64,000 nucleotides of DNA from Octopus sinensis (lineage: Eukaryota). Made by a program: the position numbers and the translations under genes. Shown piece after piece: positions 12,471 to 25,646 of this stretch (its first letter is position 1; each line of letters opens with the position of its first letter). The notes beneath the pieces were generated by a model, which saw nothing but the letters and a program-made list of their open reading frames with translations, had not been told where the DNA came from and searched no databases. Location: NCBI RefSeq assembly GCF_006345805.1, contig NC_042999.1, forward strand, positions 116,064,001 through 116,128,000, written 5' to 3'.

Positions 12471-13056
12471 GTATGTGTATATGTATATAAATGTATGTGT
12501 GTATATATATATACACACACATATGTATACATACATGTATATGTGTATATTCTCAGAATTTCCTTCTTCATCCTTGCTTTTATATTCTTGGCCATTAGAA
12601 GATTAATGAAAAAAAATGATCATTTTCACCTGAAAACTTGTCACCATTATCAACGCCGCTGCTGCTACTACTACTACTACTTCAGCAACAAAGGACGCTG
12701 TTAAAGATAATCCTGCTTAACAAAGTCGCCTAAAGAGCTGAAAATCCTCAAAGTAATTAGAGCTTGGGAAACATGCCTGTCACATTGTGTGTGTGTGTGT
12801 ATGTCTGTGCATACGTGTGTGTTGTGTGTGTGTGTGTGTGTGTGTGTGCTTTTAAGGTAACCTGCATTGTTTTAACCCTGAAGTCATGGTTGTACTTGGG
12901 TGATAAAAAGACTTCATCTCTTTTACCACTCACCCTCATGCCTTATCCAGTGTGGGTGGTGGTGGTGGTAGAAGACTGAATCTCCTTATTCCAAGCCTGT
13001 CTCCTGTCCCATCCCTCTGCCACTGCCATCACCACTACTTGGTGGTGGTGGTGGTG

Positions 13057-13268
13057 GTTTCTGCTATAGGCACAAGGCCTGAAATTTTAGGAGAGGAGGG
13101 CTTGTCAATCACATCAGCCCCAATGTTTAACTGGTATTTGTTTTATCAACTTTGAAAGGATAGAAGGCAAAGATGACCCCCACAGTATTTGAACTCAGAG
13201 CATAAAGATGAGTGAATTACTGTTAAGCACTTTACCTTACATGCTAATGATTCCACCAGCTTGCTGCC
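13057..13268 (-). mobile_element. SINE family B (degraded)
   Basis: Reverse complement matches the ggcggcgagctggcagaa..ctgagttcaaat head. A second copy lies at about 13500-13700. Confidence 0.7.
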
Positions 13269-13489
13269 TTAACCCTTTCATTACTGTATTTGTTTTGAGA
13301 TTCTCTGTTTCTTTCAATTAATTTTAAATGTAACAAAGAATTTAATAAAATAACTAAGTTATCATTAAGCTAGTAGTGTTAGGAACATAAATTGTGACTA
13401 AGGTTTAGTGGAAGATTTTAATTCAAACCAAGACATTTGTACTACAGAGCCAGGGGCAGTTTCAGCTGGGTTGGTATCGAAAGGGTTAA
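13269..13489. mobile_element. piggyBac-like MITE family 2
   Basis: TTAA-CCCTTTC...GAAAGGG-TTAA. Confidence 0.85.
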
Positions 13490-14099
13490 TAATAATAACA
13501 ATCCCTTCTACTCTAGACACAAGGTCTGATATTTAGTGGGAGGAGACTGGTTGATTACATTGACCCCAGTATTTTACTGGTACTTTATCGACCTTGAAAA
13601 GATGAAAGGCAAAGTCAACCTCAGTGGAATTTGAACCTGGAATATAAAAACAGATGAAATGCTGTAAAGCATTTTGTCCGGCATGCTAATGATTCTACTG
13701 CTGATAATACTTTTTAATGAAGAATATGACTTCCTACCCCTTAAAAAATTCAAACAAATTGATAATTATTTGTTGTTAACAAAGGGGAGCTCTCACCTTT
13801 CTTGTTCAATTTTTGATTTGGAGAAATGTTATAACATAAGGATAGTTACTGTTGTTTAACCTCAGCTCAGCTCTCATCAAATAGAGCTATGATCAACAGT
13901 GTTTTGGCTATGGCTATAACATTTTGTGCTTTTCTACTCAGACATTGTGTATCTAGGATTACATTATCCAATGTGTACTTTTTATTTTAAGACAGCAGGA
14001 TGTAATTTGAATGAATTTTGGCTTTCATTTCTTTCAGGTTGGCCAACTGGATAGTAATTTCCTTGTTGGTTCAAGAGATATTTGTTAGAATGTTTAAGA

Positions 14100-14480
14100 G
14101 GTGCAGGAGTGGCTGTGTGGTAAGTAGCTTGCTTAACAACCACATGGTTCTGGGTTCAGTCCCACTGCGTGGCACCTTGGGCAAGTGTCTTCTACTATAG
14201 CCTCAGGCCTTGTGAGTGGATTTGGTAGACAGAAACTAAAAGAAGCCCATTGTACATATGTATATATACGTGTGTGTGTGTTTGTCCCCACAACATTGCT
14301 CGACAACCGATGCTGGTGTGTCTACACCCCTGTAACTTAGCGGTTTGGCAAAAGAGTCTGATAGAATAAGTACTAGGCTTACAAAGAATAAGTCCTGGGG
14401 TTGATTTGCTCGACTAAAGGTGGTGCTCTAGCATGGCCACAGTCAAATGACTGAAACAAGTAAAAGAGTAAAAAGAGTAA
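14100..14480 (+). mobile_element. SINE family A, near full length
   Basis: A-box tggctgtgtggt, B-box ggttcagtccc, central TA/TG microsatellite, tail cagtcaaatgactgaaacaag(taaaagag)n. Confidence 0.9.
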
Positions 14481-14661
14481 ACAACTATAAGTTTTGCTCA
14501 ATAGGTAAAATGACAAAGCTGGTGAGATAATGAATTGCTACTTATAGGCAGTGAGCTCAAACATTTCTTGCAGTTTCCAGACATAACTCTTTATTTTACA
14601 ATGCATCATCAGTCCATCAAGCTGTTTGGAATAGATTAACAATTTGTTTTATCTATTGAAA

Positions 14662-14720
<59 letters not shown>

Positions 14721-14994
14721 TACTTCAAATCATTAAACGAGAACCAAAACACTGACCCTTAAGAATCCCTTGGTGTTATGTAATCTGTTGTTATTTATTC
14801 TCTGATTGGGCAAGAATATGCTCAAAATCCTTTCAGTTATGACCATCCTGTCATTTTAAGAATGTGTAAGGCTGTGTGTTCTTTCTTTATTCAAAATTTG
14901 GGTGTGGTTTGAGGGAGATTTGGCTGTTATTCCTAGTGGATCAAAAAACCATGCTGAGGCACTTCCATCAGCTTGTTGGTATTTACATTATGTT

Positions 14995-15225
14995 GGCGGC
15001 AAGCTGGCAGACACGTTAGCATGCCGGGCGAAATGCGTAGCCGTATTTCGTTCGCCGTTACGTTCTGAGTTCAAATTCTGCCGAGGTCGACTTTGTCTTT
15101 CATCCTTTTGGGGTTGATAAATTAAGTACCAGTTACGCACTGGAGTCAATGTAATCGACTTAATACCTATGTCTGTCCTTGTTTGTCCCCTCTATGTTTA
15201 GCCCCTTGTGGGTAATAAAGAAATA
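14995..15225 (+). mobile_element. SINE family B, full length with TSD
   Basis: 17-bp TSD ggtatttacattatRtt at 14978-14994 and 15226-15242. The central tttcatccttttggggttgataaattaagtacc resembles the Meta/MESC SINE domain. Confidence 0.9.
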
Positions 15226-15981
15226 GGTATTTACATTATATTACTGGTTCTGCAGTACGTTGCTGGTGCTGTTCCAGCATGGCCACAGTCAAATGACTGA
15301 AACAAGTAAAAGAGTATATATTTTGGTTTTTAAAATAAGTTATTTCATTTTATTCATATTGTACTGCATTATGTTACCTGTACTCAGATCTGTATAATAT
15401 CAACATTCTGGTAATGCTGTCATGAAATTTAGGACTTAAAGCATGTCCTCAGGGATTGGTGTTATAAGAACATTGAAACCTCTGCTTCAGATGCCAAGCT
15501 TCTGATTTCAAGCCCTGCCTATGGAATTGTGTTTGAAAAGTGTACTGGAGGATTACCAGGACCTGAACCAAATATTAAAAAAAAAATTAGTAACATGTAA
15601 GGTGATGTCAGATTTTAAGATACTAGTAGAAGAACTGCTGCTGCTGCTGCTGCTACTACTACTACTACTACAGGTGCATATTTACTATAAAGTAATTCAA
15701 CTACAGTTTTTATTTACATTCCTAGACCAAGTGCTATTTGTCAATATTACATGTCAGATTTCTATTTAATAGCAGGTGAAAAAAAAAAGTCACTGAATAT
15801 GTTCTTTCTCTTCTGTTTGCCCTGTTGTCAACAGCTAAACTTTTAATTTGCTGAGTTAGGGGAGATGCCATACCCCACCTTCACTGATTGCTGAACTCTT
15901 CCCATCGACTGTCAAATGCTTGCTTGTTGTTTACCTACTAAATCAAGTTCTTTTATTACTTTCTTGGTAAGTGAATATTTT

Positions 15982-16803
15982 AGGTGTGGCTGTGTGGTAA
16001 GATGCTTGCTTCCCAACCACATGGTTCCAGGTTCAGCCCCACTGCGTGGCACCTTGGGCAAGTGTCTACTATAGCCCCAGGCTGACCAAACCTTGTGAGT
16101 GGGTTTGGTAGACAGAAACTGAAAGAAGCCTGTCGTATATATACATACATACATATATATGGAGGCACAATGGCCCAGTGGTTAGGGCAGCGGACTCGCG
16201 GTCATAGGATCGCGGTTTCGATTCCCAGACCGGGCGTTGTGAGTGTTTATTGAGCGAAAATACCTAAAAGCTCCACGAGGCTCCGGCAGGGGATGGTGGT
16301 GATCCCTGCTGTACTCTTTCACCACAACTTTCTCTCACTCTTACTTCCTGTTTCTGTTGTACCTGTATTTCAAGGGGCCGGCCTTGTCACTCTCTGTGTT
16401 ACGCTGAATATCCCCGAGAACTACGTTAAGGGTACACTTGTCTGTGGAGTGCTCAGCCACTTACACGTTAATTTCACGAGCAGGCTGTTCCGTTGATTCG
16501 GATCAACCGGAACCCTTATCGTCGTAACCGATGGAGTGCTTCCACACATACATACATATATATATGTTTGTATGTATGTGTGTGTCTTTGTGTTTGTGGT
16601 TGTTTGCCCCCCCCCCCCCCATCACTGCTTGATAACTGGTGTTGGTGTGATATGTCTCCATAACTTAGTGGTTCAGCAAAAGAAACCAGTAGAATAAGTA
16701 CTAGGCTTAAAAAATAAACCCTTGGGTTTAATTGTTCAACTAAACCCTTCTAAGGTGGTGCTACAGCATGGCTGCAGTCAAATGACTGAAACAAGTAAAA
16801 GAG
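15982..16803 (+). mobile_element. SINE family A interrupted by a nested SINE
   Basis: Head at 15982-16140 and tail at about 16570-16803. Confidence 0.85.
16161..16545 (+). mobile_element. Young tRNA-headed SINE (head 2 + tail a) nested in the SINE A microsatellite
   Basis: tggcccagtggttag..gtttcgattccc; CpG-rich; TSD acatacatacatatatat at 16143-16160 and 16546-16563. Confidence 0.9.
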
Positions 16804-16929
16804 TTTATATTTTCATTTCTAAAATGTTATTTTATTTTACTCTTATTGTTAATTTTTAACTTTAAAATCCTCATCAACATTGCCATCTTATTGTCCACTT
16901 TTCCATGCTTGCATGCTTGCTTTGCTACA

Positions 16930-17155
16930 TGCTCTTGCTTGCTGGGGCTGAGGTCATCCCTGATTAGTGGTCCCAGAAACATCATCACATGTAGAGCCAA
17001 CCAGGTCTACCAGTGCTCTCCATTACTGGCAGTCCCAAGCCAGCCTCTCTGCATCCTCCAAGGTGATGTCGAATCTCTGGAGATCTTCCCCAATCATGTC
17101 CAGCCATCTGGTATTGGGCCTGCCACCAGGCCTCTTCTAGCCTACAGCGGCTGAC
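16930..17155 (-). mobile_element. RTE LINE 3' end
   Basis: G*KRPGGRPNTRWLDMIGEDLQRFDITLEDAERLAWDCQ*WRALV. Confidence 0.8.
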
Positions 17156-17841
17156 CTATGAAATGACTCCCACCTCAAAGAATAAATGACAGAAATGAAG
17201 GAGCTTCTATTTGGACACTTGACCTGATAGAAGTAGCTGTCAAATCTACTTCAAAATACATTTGAGTGTTGTAAATGAGGATGAAGTCATCTTAAAATAT
17301 ACATTCACTGGAAAACAATGGGTTAGTGATTGCTGGAACGTTTTTGATCAGAGGTCTGTATGATTAGTATACTGTATGATTGTGATACTTAATTGATACT
17401 TATTTGATTGACATTGGAAGGTTGAAAGGTAAAATCATTTGATCTATGGTTGTCCAAGACCTTATCCACCATCCATCTTACTTTTACTAAATTAGGTTGG
17501 TCTGATTCCTGCTTGAGACAGAACGAATTGTTAAGAATTCACCAAATTCCTGAAGAAATGTTAGAAACAATTTTTTCTCTCTCTTTTCTTTCTTCTATTA
17601 GTTGTTTATTAAAATTTCTAATACAGTTCTTGTCAGCTAACCATATTCTGAAGGCTTCATAGAAAATAAAATCTGTATTGCCTATACGGTTGTGTCTTAC
17701 ATATTACAGTTAATGGGCATGAGAAAGAGGGAGAGAAAAGGACTTATTGTTAGAATTTTCAGTTTGAATTTCTAGCTAATTCAGTTTACTTAGATTGCAG
17801 CATTCTGGAGAAATAAATGAATACTTCAAAATCTCCATATG

Positions 17842-18440
17842 TCATCATCATCATTTCTATATCCATTTTTCTCCATGCTTGCATATTTTGGATAAAGCTC
17901 CTCCAGCACAGTTCCTTGCCATTTGTTGTGATCTATGGTTATCTTCTCTGTGAAGTTTAACCTCCGACGATCAGTCCACCATTTTCACTATCTTCCTTGT
18001 CTTTCTCTCCATAGATTCTTTTACCTAGAATCAGTTGACACTTCTTTGCCCAACCATTCTCCTCCATACACATCACATGTTTGCATCATTGTAGTCTTTT
18101 CCCTTACATACTCCATCTGATTCCTCTCACATGGGGCTGGGAACTGGGGGTGCAAGTGCACTTCCTAATATATTTTGGAGAGGCAAAATCAAAATTTCCA
18201 CCCCTACTGGTTTTTCTCAGATTTAGAAAAGAGTGCATCAAAAGTGATCTGTAAAAAGTAGCTTGAAGGTAGGTTTCTTCTTAAAGAACAAAGAACAAAA
18301 ATTGATAAACAAACAATGTTTATAAAAATTTTGAACCTGGGTTTGTACCTTCTAAGCAAATTCCTTTCCAACCCTCTCACATCCTCCACATTCAATGCCC
18401 ATGTTTTGCTGCCATGTAATATCACACTTCATACACAATC
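17842..18440 (-). mobile_element. RTE LINE 3' fragment, interrupted at about 18131-18345
   Basis: LHGSKTWALNVEDVRGLERN, then ..HVMCMEENGWAKKC.., then the gcaagcatgga..(gat)n tail. Confidence 0.7.
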
Positions 18441-20254
18441 ATTGTACAATATAATAATTTCTGCCTTTCACTCAGAGGCAGAAGCTCTCTGTTGCCAGTA
18501 GGGCCTCTATGAATCTAATACCTTGTATCTCTGAGAAGCTACAGTTATTGCTATTTTTATCTTTTGGCAGAATTGTTAGTGTTGGGAAACACACTTTGTC
18601 ATCTCTTTCTGGTTCTTTATGTTCTGAGTTCAAATTTCACCTGTCAACTTTGCATTTCATCCTTTGGGGGTTAATAAAATACCCCACCTCCTAAAATTGC
18701 TGACCTTGAAACAACAGGTTAGTGGCACTTTCTCCAGCTCTTTACAATCTGAGTTCATGTTCAACCGAGGTTGACTTTTGGGGGTCAATAAAATAAGGTA
18801 CCAGTCAAGTACTGAGGCAAATTCAATTGGTTCTTCCCTCCCATTAAAACTGCTAGCCTTGTATCAAGATTTGAAAGAATTGTTGTTGCTATTGCTGCTG
18901 CTGCACCATTCATATACCAGGGGCAGATTAGATCAAATACATCCCACCCTCAGAACTTGTGGTTTTGTGTCTATGATAGGAATTATTATCATTATTAATT
19001 AATTTATTTATTTATTAATATATTTATTTATTCATTTAATTATTTATCTATTTAGTTGTGTTAATTTTTATTATATGCCAATATTGACTGTAGAGTTGAA
19101 ATCGGTTACCTCATGTTACATCTCTGGGGTTTCTATCTGATTCAAGTGCACTGAAAGAAACACCTGGGTAGATCAGCTGGTGCACACACACACACACACA
19201 GAGTTGTACTTCTTTGGTGAGTAGCCAAATTTTCTACCTTAGCACTTAGAGGAAAGTTCATAACACTATACTACCTTTTTTTTTTTTTTAGCTCTACAAT
19301 CATCTGCGCTTACTCTACACAGCACCAAACTGTGTTGGTCTAGGTGTGTATATACATATAATAATGAAATGTGTTTTGGGTTAATATTCTCAAGTGTTTC
19401 TTGTAGTTGAGCATAAACTATATTTTCTTAAAGTCTTGTGTGTGAGTTATTATACGAATATGTGTGTGTGTATGTATGTTGTGCTTTATATTCATATTCA
19501 CATACAATTAAACATACACAGAAGATAGTCATGTACTTATGTATATATTTGCTTCGTGATAGAAGTAAAATTAGTAGTATTTGTAAGTTTATATTTCTCA
19601 GTATTTTGGGATGTTATATAAGTATATATAGGCACTTACATGTATTACACAACTAGGTTAAGATTCATGGAGACACTTATATGATATATTTCATTGTACT
19701 ATATATGTGGGTTTATATATTTACATGAATATGCATTATCTATCATATATTTTTTTACTGGCTGCAATCCAATGACTGTAGCAATGCTTATGGTTGTACA
19801 GCTTTAAAGAGTTTACTGCCTATACTTATTCCAGTCGGATACTTATTTTATTGATTTCTGTTCGTTAAACTGCTTAGTTTCGGGAAATATGGATCATCAT
19901 CATGTTTTAAAGTCTGCTTTTCCATGCTCACAAGTGTCAGGTGGAAAAAATTGTGCTTCTCAACTACTTTGTTTGGAATTCGGTCTCCACTTCCAGTCCT
20001 GTCCTCTTGGGCATGTGTCTTCTACTCTAAGACCCAGGTTGACTAAAACCTTATAAGTGGATCTGGGGTAAATGGAAACTGAAAGTAGCCTGTCATATCT
20101 ATCTACCCCAGGTCAACTAAAGCCATGTGAGTGGATTTGGTAGATGGAATCTGCAAGAAGTTCATCATACATATGTGTATGTGTGTGTGTACATGTGTGC
20201 ACATATATACATGTATGTATGTGTGTGTGTGTTTGTATTTACCTATCTTGATAT

Positions 20255-20580
20255 CTTCAGTCATGAATGACCATGGGATTGCTCCTAGAAAGTTACTCTC
20301 CAAGGCACAAGTCTGGGCAAGTTTGTGTGTACAAGTCCAGCATTTACCCATACATACCAGCCTTTCCTCTCCATGCCACTGATGTTATCCAAGGGAAAGG
20401 CAAGGGCCAATACAGCTTGGCACAGTGACATCACAATTCATTTCTACAGCTGAATGAACTGGAGCAATGTGAAATAAAATGTCTTGCTTAAGAACACAAC
20501 ACACAGCCTGGTCCGGAAATTGAACTCCCATCCACGATAGTAAGTCTAGTACTCTAACCACTAAATCATGTGCCTTCACT
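20255..20580 (-). mobile_element. tRNA/CORE-like SINE (head 1 + tail c)
   Basis: Reverse complement: gtgaaggcacatg..agtggttagag..tgtgttcttaagcaagaca..ctccagttcattcagctgtagaaatg. Similar copies at 41330-41522 (-) and 44953-45430 (+). Confidence 0.75.
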
Positions 20581-20949
20581 GTCTTGAAATTACATGACAC
20601 ACATTATTTATAATTGAACATCACCATCACATAAGTAGTCTCTTCTTTGCCTCCAGTCTTTTGTGAAAACATCTTTCAGTGGGGGAAATATTACCTTGCC
20701 AGAAAACTGGTGATGGTTGGCAACAGGAAAAGCATCTGGTCATAGGAAATCTACCTCAAAAGAATTCTGCCTGACTCATGAAACCATGGAAAATGGACAT
20801 TGAAACCAGTACATATTTCTCAACAATAACCTTGTTGGATGTTTGAGCTCAGAAAAGAGATTCACCAATGTGCCAATCAATAATTTGCTTAATTTTCAAA
20901 TTGTGAACTGTGTGGTGTAAGTGCGCTTGTCTTTTGCAAACTTATATTG

Positions 20950-21373
20950 CGAAGACCTGTTGAGGCAAGTGAAATTGAAATCAAATTTGATGACTGGCAC
21001 CCATGCTAGCAGGGTGCAAAGAGCACCATACGAGTGTGATCATCGACAGAGCGGCTAACTGGCTTCCGTGCCAGTGGCACATAAAAGGCACCATTCGAGC
21101 GTGATCATTACCAGCGTCGCCTCACTGGCACATGTAAAAACATTCGAGCAAGGTCATTGCCAGTACCACCTGACTGGCCCCTGTGCCGGTGGCATGTAAA
21201 AGCACCCACTATACTCTCGGAGTGGTTGGCGTTAGGAAGGGCATCCAGCTGTAGAAACTCTGCTAGATCAAGATTGGAGCCTTGTGCAGCCATCCGGTTC
21301 GCCAGCCCTCAGTCAAATCGTCCAACCCAAGTTAGCATGGAAAGCAGATGTTAAACGATGATGATGGTGATGA
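20950..21373 (+). mobile_element. Family C RTE-tailed element
   Basis: gaagacctgttgaggcaagtga start, 3-4 gtgccggtggca units, aggaagggcatccagc, (gat)n tail. Confidence 0.85.
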
Positions 21374-22575
21374 TATTCCAATCAATGTAGGTTTTGGAAG
21401 TTTATTCTGTGCATTATTTAACCATGTGCAGAAAGCTCTTATCTTTTGTTTGTTTCAAAGGGAAAAAATTGTCCCTGAAATTATGCTATTGTAACAACAA
21501 CAAAATAACCCCAATTTGATATCTAATTTTGGCATACTGTGACAAATATAGGTCAGTAAGGAATGTAGCTGAATTAATTAATCTCAGCACTTGATGAATA
21601 CTTTTATTATTGACTCCAGAGAAATGAAAAGCAAAGATAACCTTTGCAGAATTTGAACTCAGACCATTATTATCTTCATTGTCATTTTATGCCCGCGTTT
21701 CATAATGTCATGGATTGGTCAGATTATAACAGTCTGAGTCATTTCTTACTGGGAGCCACTACTTCTAGACACTGGTGCTGTGCTCTTATGTGTCTTTTGG
21801 CTTGGTCTCTACAGCTGGATGCCCTTCCTAGTGTATTGGGTGCACTTTTTCTTGTGGCACCAGTGCTAGAAAAGTTGAAAAATCCATGATGTGACAGGAT
21901 CAAAAGACTTCAGAACTATATACTTTGTTCATTTGCCAATCACTTTGCAATGTGTGCTTAGATGCATTTCTATGGCACCAGTGCTAGGGAGATTGCCTTG
22001 CTTACCAATCACTTTAAAAGGAATATAATGAGGCAGGGCATGCTTTCTTTCATGGTTCCAGCACAGAAGGAGATGGGTGCTTTGTACACAGTAAATGTAG
22101 AGAATAGTCAGCAACCTAAGAGGAGTAGACTGAAAACAAGAATCAAAGGGAGAGTGATGACTGCAGAAAGGCCAGGAATGGATGGGTAAGAAGAAAGAGT
22201 GTAAGTGTGGAGAGTCGATAAGCTTAGCCATGTACATTTGCTCAGGTGACTGAAGAGAAGAATCAGAGAGAGTGCAATGACACCAAGAGAACTAAAATGG
22301 ATGGATATAAAAACCAAAAGTATGATAGAAAAAGGCAAAGATATTTGGGGTTAGAATCAAGAGACAACTTATTGGTAATAGCAGAAGTGGACAAAGTTAA
22401 AGGTAGGTGATAGGTGGTAGTAGAACATACATCATCATTGTTATCACTATCATTGTCATCAACACTGGCATGGGTTGGACTGTTTGACATGATCTGACAA
22501 ATCAGAGGACTGAGTTGAGCTCCAATGTTTGTTGCTTTAACAGGACATCTATAGATGGATGCCCTTCCTAACTTG

Positions 22576-22609
<34 letters not shown>

Positions 22610-23327
22610 TGTGGTCATACTATGGTTCTTTCTTAGAAGGTAGCACCGTAGTATGGCCAGCAATTGAAACCAGTTAAGACACAAGGAGCAGATGTACCTA
22701 AATAATAGAAGGCATTTGTCAGGAGCCCCACATCATCCCTGATCAAGCAGATCTATGACCAAAGGTGTTTTAATCACAATCATCTTGACTATTTCTTATT
22801 ATCCAAAGTATTTTTCTTTTTTTTTCGTTGAGAACACCAAAAAGGAGACAGCAAGTGTGAGTTGACAGGGATATGGCTGTTATTTCTAGCATATCAAGCT
22901 ACTGCATATACTTCTTTATTGCTTCATGCTATGCCTGGTTCATAACTTTCCTTCATATCTATTCATTCCTTGTCTTTGATATTTCTTTAGAAAACGTTAT
23001 TTATTTTTCCTAATATCCAAATTATACTGATGCATATATATTTTGCTGCTTTTTCTGTTAGTTTAGATAATGTAGAAGATTCTTAGTTTTATTGGCAAGA
23101 ACCTCTCTGGGTGTGCCAGATCCATAACAAAATGCACCCAATCCATGCTGTAATGTGGTTAGTGATAGGAAGAACAGGAGGATATTTTCCAACTAAGAAA
23201 ACCAATTCAAAAGTAACATATACAACAGAATTAGCTAATTATTTCCCCCTCTTTTTGTTTGTACCAATTAAAGAAGCACTTCAGTGGTTGGTGAGATATG
23301 TGAAACTCATCTGATCCATGTCAGCTG

Positions 23328-23575
23328 GTGGAGGTATATGGCCTAGTGGTTAGGTTGTTGGACTCATGATCATAAGATTGTGGTTTCGATTCTTGAACCT
23401 GGTGATGTGCTGTGTTCTTGAGCAAAACATTTCATTTCATGTTGTTCCAGTCCACTCAGCATGCAAAAATGAGTAAATTCTGTGATGGACTGGTGTCTCA
23501 TCCAGCTGTGGAATATATACATCATGAAACTGGGAAACTGGTCCTTGTGGGTCAGCATGACTTAAGAAGATAACT
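23328..23575 (+). mobile_element. tRNA SINE (head 1 + V-domain-like tail b)
   Basis: tggcctagtggttagg..gtttcgattc..ttgagcaaaaca..tgtgatggactggtgtctcatccag. Confidence 0.75.
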
Positions 23576-23679
23576 TTGCTTTTTACTTTATATGTCAGTT
23601 GGGATAAATGTAAAATGATTTCTTTTTTTTGTTGTATTTTTATTCTTATACAGTTGATGAAACATCTTTTATCCTTCTT

Positions 23680-24090
23680 TTATATTTTACTTGTTTCAGT
23701 CATTAGACTGCAGCTATGCTGGGGCACTGCCTTGAAGAATTTTTAGCCAAATGAATCGACTCCAATTCTTATATTTTTTTTAAGCTTGGTACTTATTCTA
23801 TCAATCTCTTTTGCTGAACTACTAAGTTACAGGGATGTAAACACACCAACACCGATTGTCAAGCAGTGGTAGAGACAAACACACGTACAAAGACACACAC
23901 ACACATATGTATATATATATATACATATATATGGGCTTCTTTCAGTTTCCATCTACCAAATCCACTCATGAGGCTTTGGTTGGCTCAAGGTTATAGTAGA
24001 AGACACTTGCCCAAGGTGCCACACAGTGGGACTGAACCTGGAACCATGTGGTTGGGAAGCAAGCTTCATACCACACAGCCACATATACAT
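23680..24090 (-). mobile_element. SINE family A, full length
   Basis: Reverse complement of the family A consensus, including the central microsatellite. Confidence 0.88.
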
Positions 24091-24912
24091 GTAGCAATAA
24101 TATTCATAAATAGTGGGAAAATGATTTAGTGAAAATGATTTCCTGTTAAGGAATTTTCTACTCCTTACCAAGGTGAACTTCTCAACTGTTGTTTTGTGGA
24201 ACCCATTGTTTTTATCTTTTTTTCTATCTCTCTTTTATTCTCTCTTGGAAGTTCAACAGATGAGCCGGAAAAGATGTATTACTTGCATTTTGTTTCTTTC
24301 TATCTTTCTTTTTTTAAAAAAAAAAAAAATACTGATAACACCTGAGATGCCATCTACAAATAAGTCACGTATGTATGTGTGTGTTTGTGTGAGTCTTTGA
24401 GTAATTCCTCTCTAAGCCATATTAATTTTGCTTCACTGCTAACAGATAGATAACTAGAGATAAGTAAACATGAAGAAACACACACACACACACACACTGT
24501 TCTGTTACTTACACATACATTTTCAGAGATTTGTTAAATAGCATATATTGCAAAACGCCATCAGTAACTATCTCTTGTATAGTAATAAACACTAAACTGC
24601 ATACACACAGAACACACACACACTTTAAGACTGTGAACACATATATCAGTAAATACATAGTGAACGTTCATAAGTAAATACATATACATAACCACACCCA
24701 CATCGTATAGTAATTGAAAACATACACAGCCATACACACACAACCACACCCTTCCATTTAATAATTCTAATTCTCCAGCTTACACATACCACTCCCTTTC
24801 GAATCTACTAATATTAAACATACATATGTACACCCAGAAATACATCCTCAAACATTGCTATTTAACATAAATGTTGCTACCCAATATAATATGTACTTTT
24901 TTCTAGAATTTT

Positions 24913-25130
24913 TTAACCCTTTAGCTTGCAGATTACTGACAAATGTAATGCTTATATATTCACATTGTTTTGAATTTATTATGAATTATCTCATTACTTC
25001 AAGATTTTGATGATGTGACTAATGACATTGTATGGTAAGTGTGAGAGACTAGATCTAGCCAGTTTGATTTTAAAAAAAACAGTTAAAATATTTGGGCCAG
25101 ATATGGCCTGTTTAAATGCTAAAGGGTTAA
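24913..25130. mobile_element. piggyBac-like MITE family 1
   Basis: TTAA-CCCTTTAGC...GCTAAAGGG-TTAA. Confidence 0.88.
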
Positions 25131-25232
25131 GCTAAAAATTACCAGTGTACATTATACATGAGTACTAGACCTTTATCCATTTACCAGTTCTAAGCATGTG
25201 GTCACATTTTGAATGGTGTAAGTTATATTAAT

Positions 25233-25646
25233 CTCTTTATTGCCTGCAGGGGGCAAAACACAGAGGGAACAAACAAGGACAGACAAAGAGATTAAGTCGA
25301 TTACATTGACTCCAGTGTGTAACTGGTACTTATTTAATCAATGCCGAAAGGATGAAAAGCAAAGTCGACCTCGGCGGAATTTGAACTCAGAACGTAAAGA
25401 CAGATGAAATACCTATTTCTTTATTACCCACAAGGGGCTATACACAGAGGGGACAAACAAAGACAGACATAGGTATTAAGTCGATTACATCGACTCCAGT
25501 GCGTAACTGGTACTTAATTTATCGAGCCTGAAAGGATGAAAGGCAAAGTTGAGCTTGGCGGAATTTGAACTCAGAACGTAGTGGCAGACGAAATACTGTT
25601 AAGCATTTCGCTTGGCATTCTAACATTTCTACCAGCCCGCTGCCTT
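25233..25646 (-). mobile_element. SINE family B head-to-tail dimer
   Basis: A full copy followed by a 5'-truncated second unit joined at aaagaaata|ggtatttc (about 25412). Confidence 0.85.

Noticed and set aside
16161-16235. Functional tRNA genes at SINE heads (also 33384, 48061, 49885)
   Set aside because: They continue into SINE bodies, some with TSDs, and lack proper acceptor stems.
21980-22400. Possible CR1-group LINE remnants (also 25780-26260, 29670-30280, 41050-41330, 45545-46000, 59830-60070)
   Set aside because: Only faint peptide resemblance by eye; too degraded to call without a profile search.
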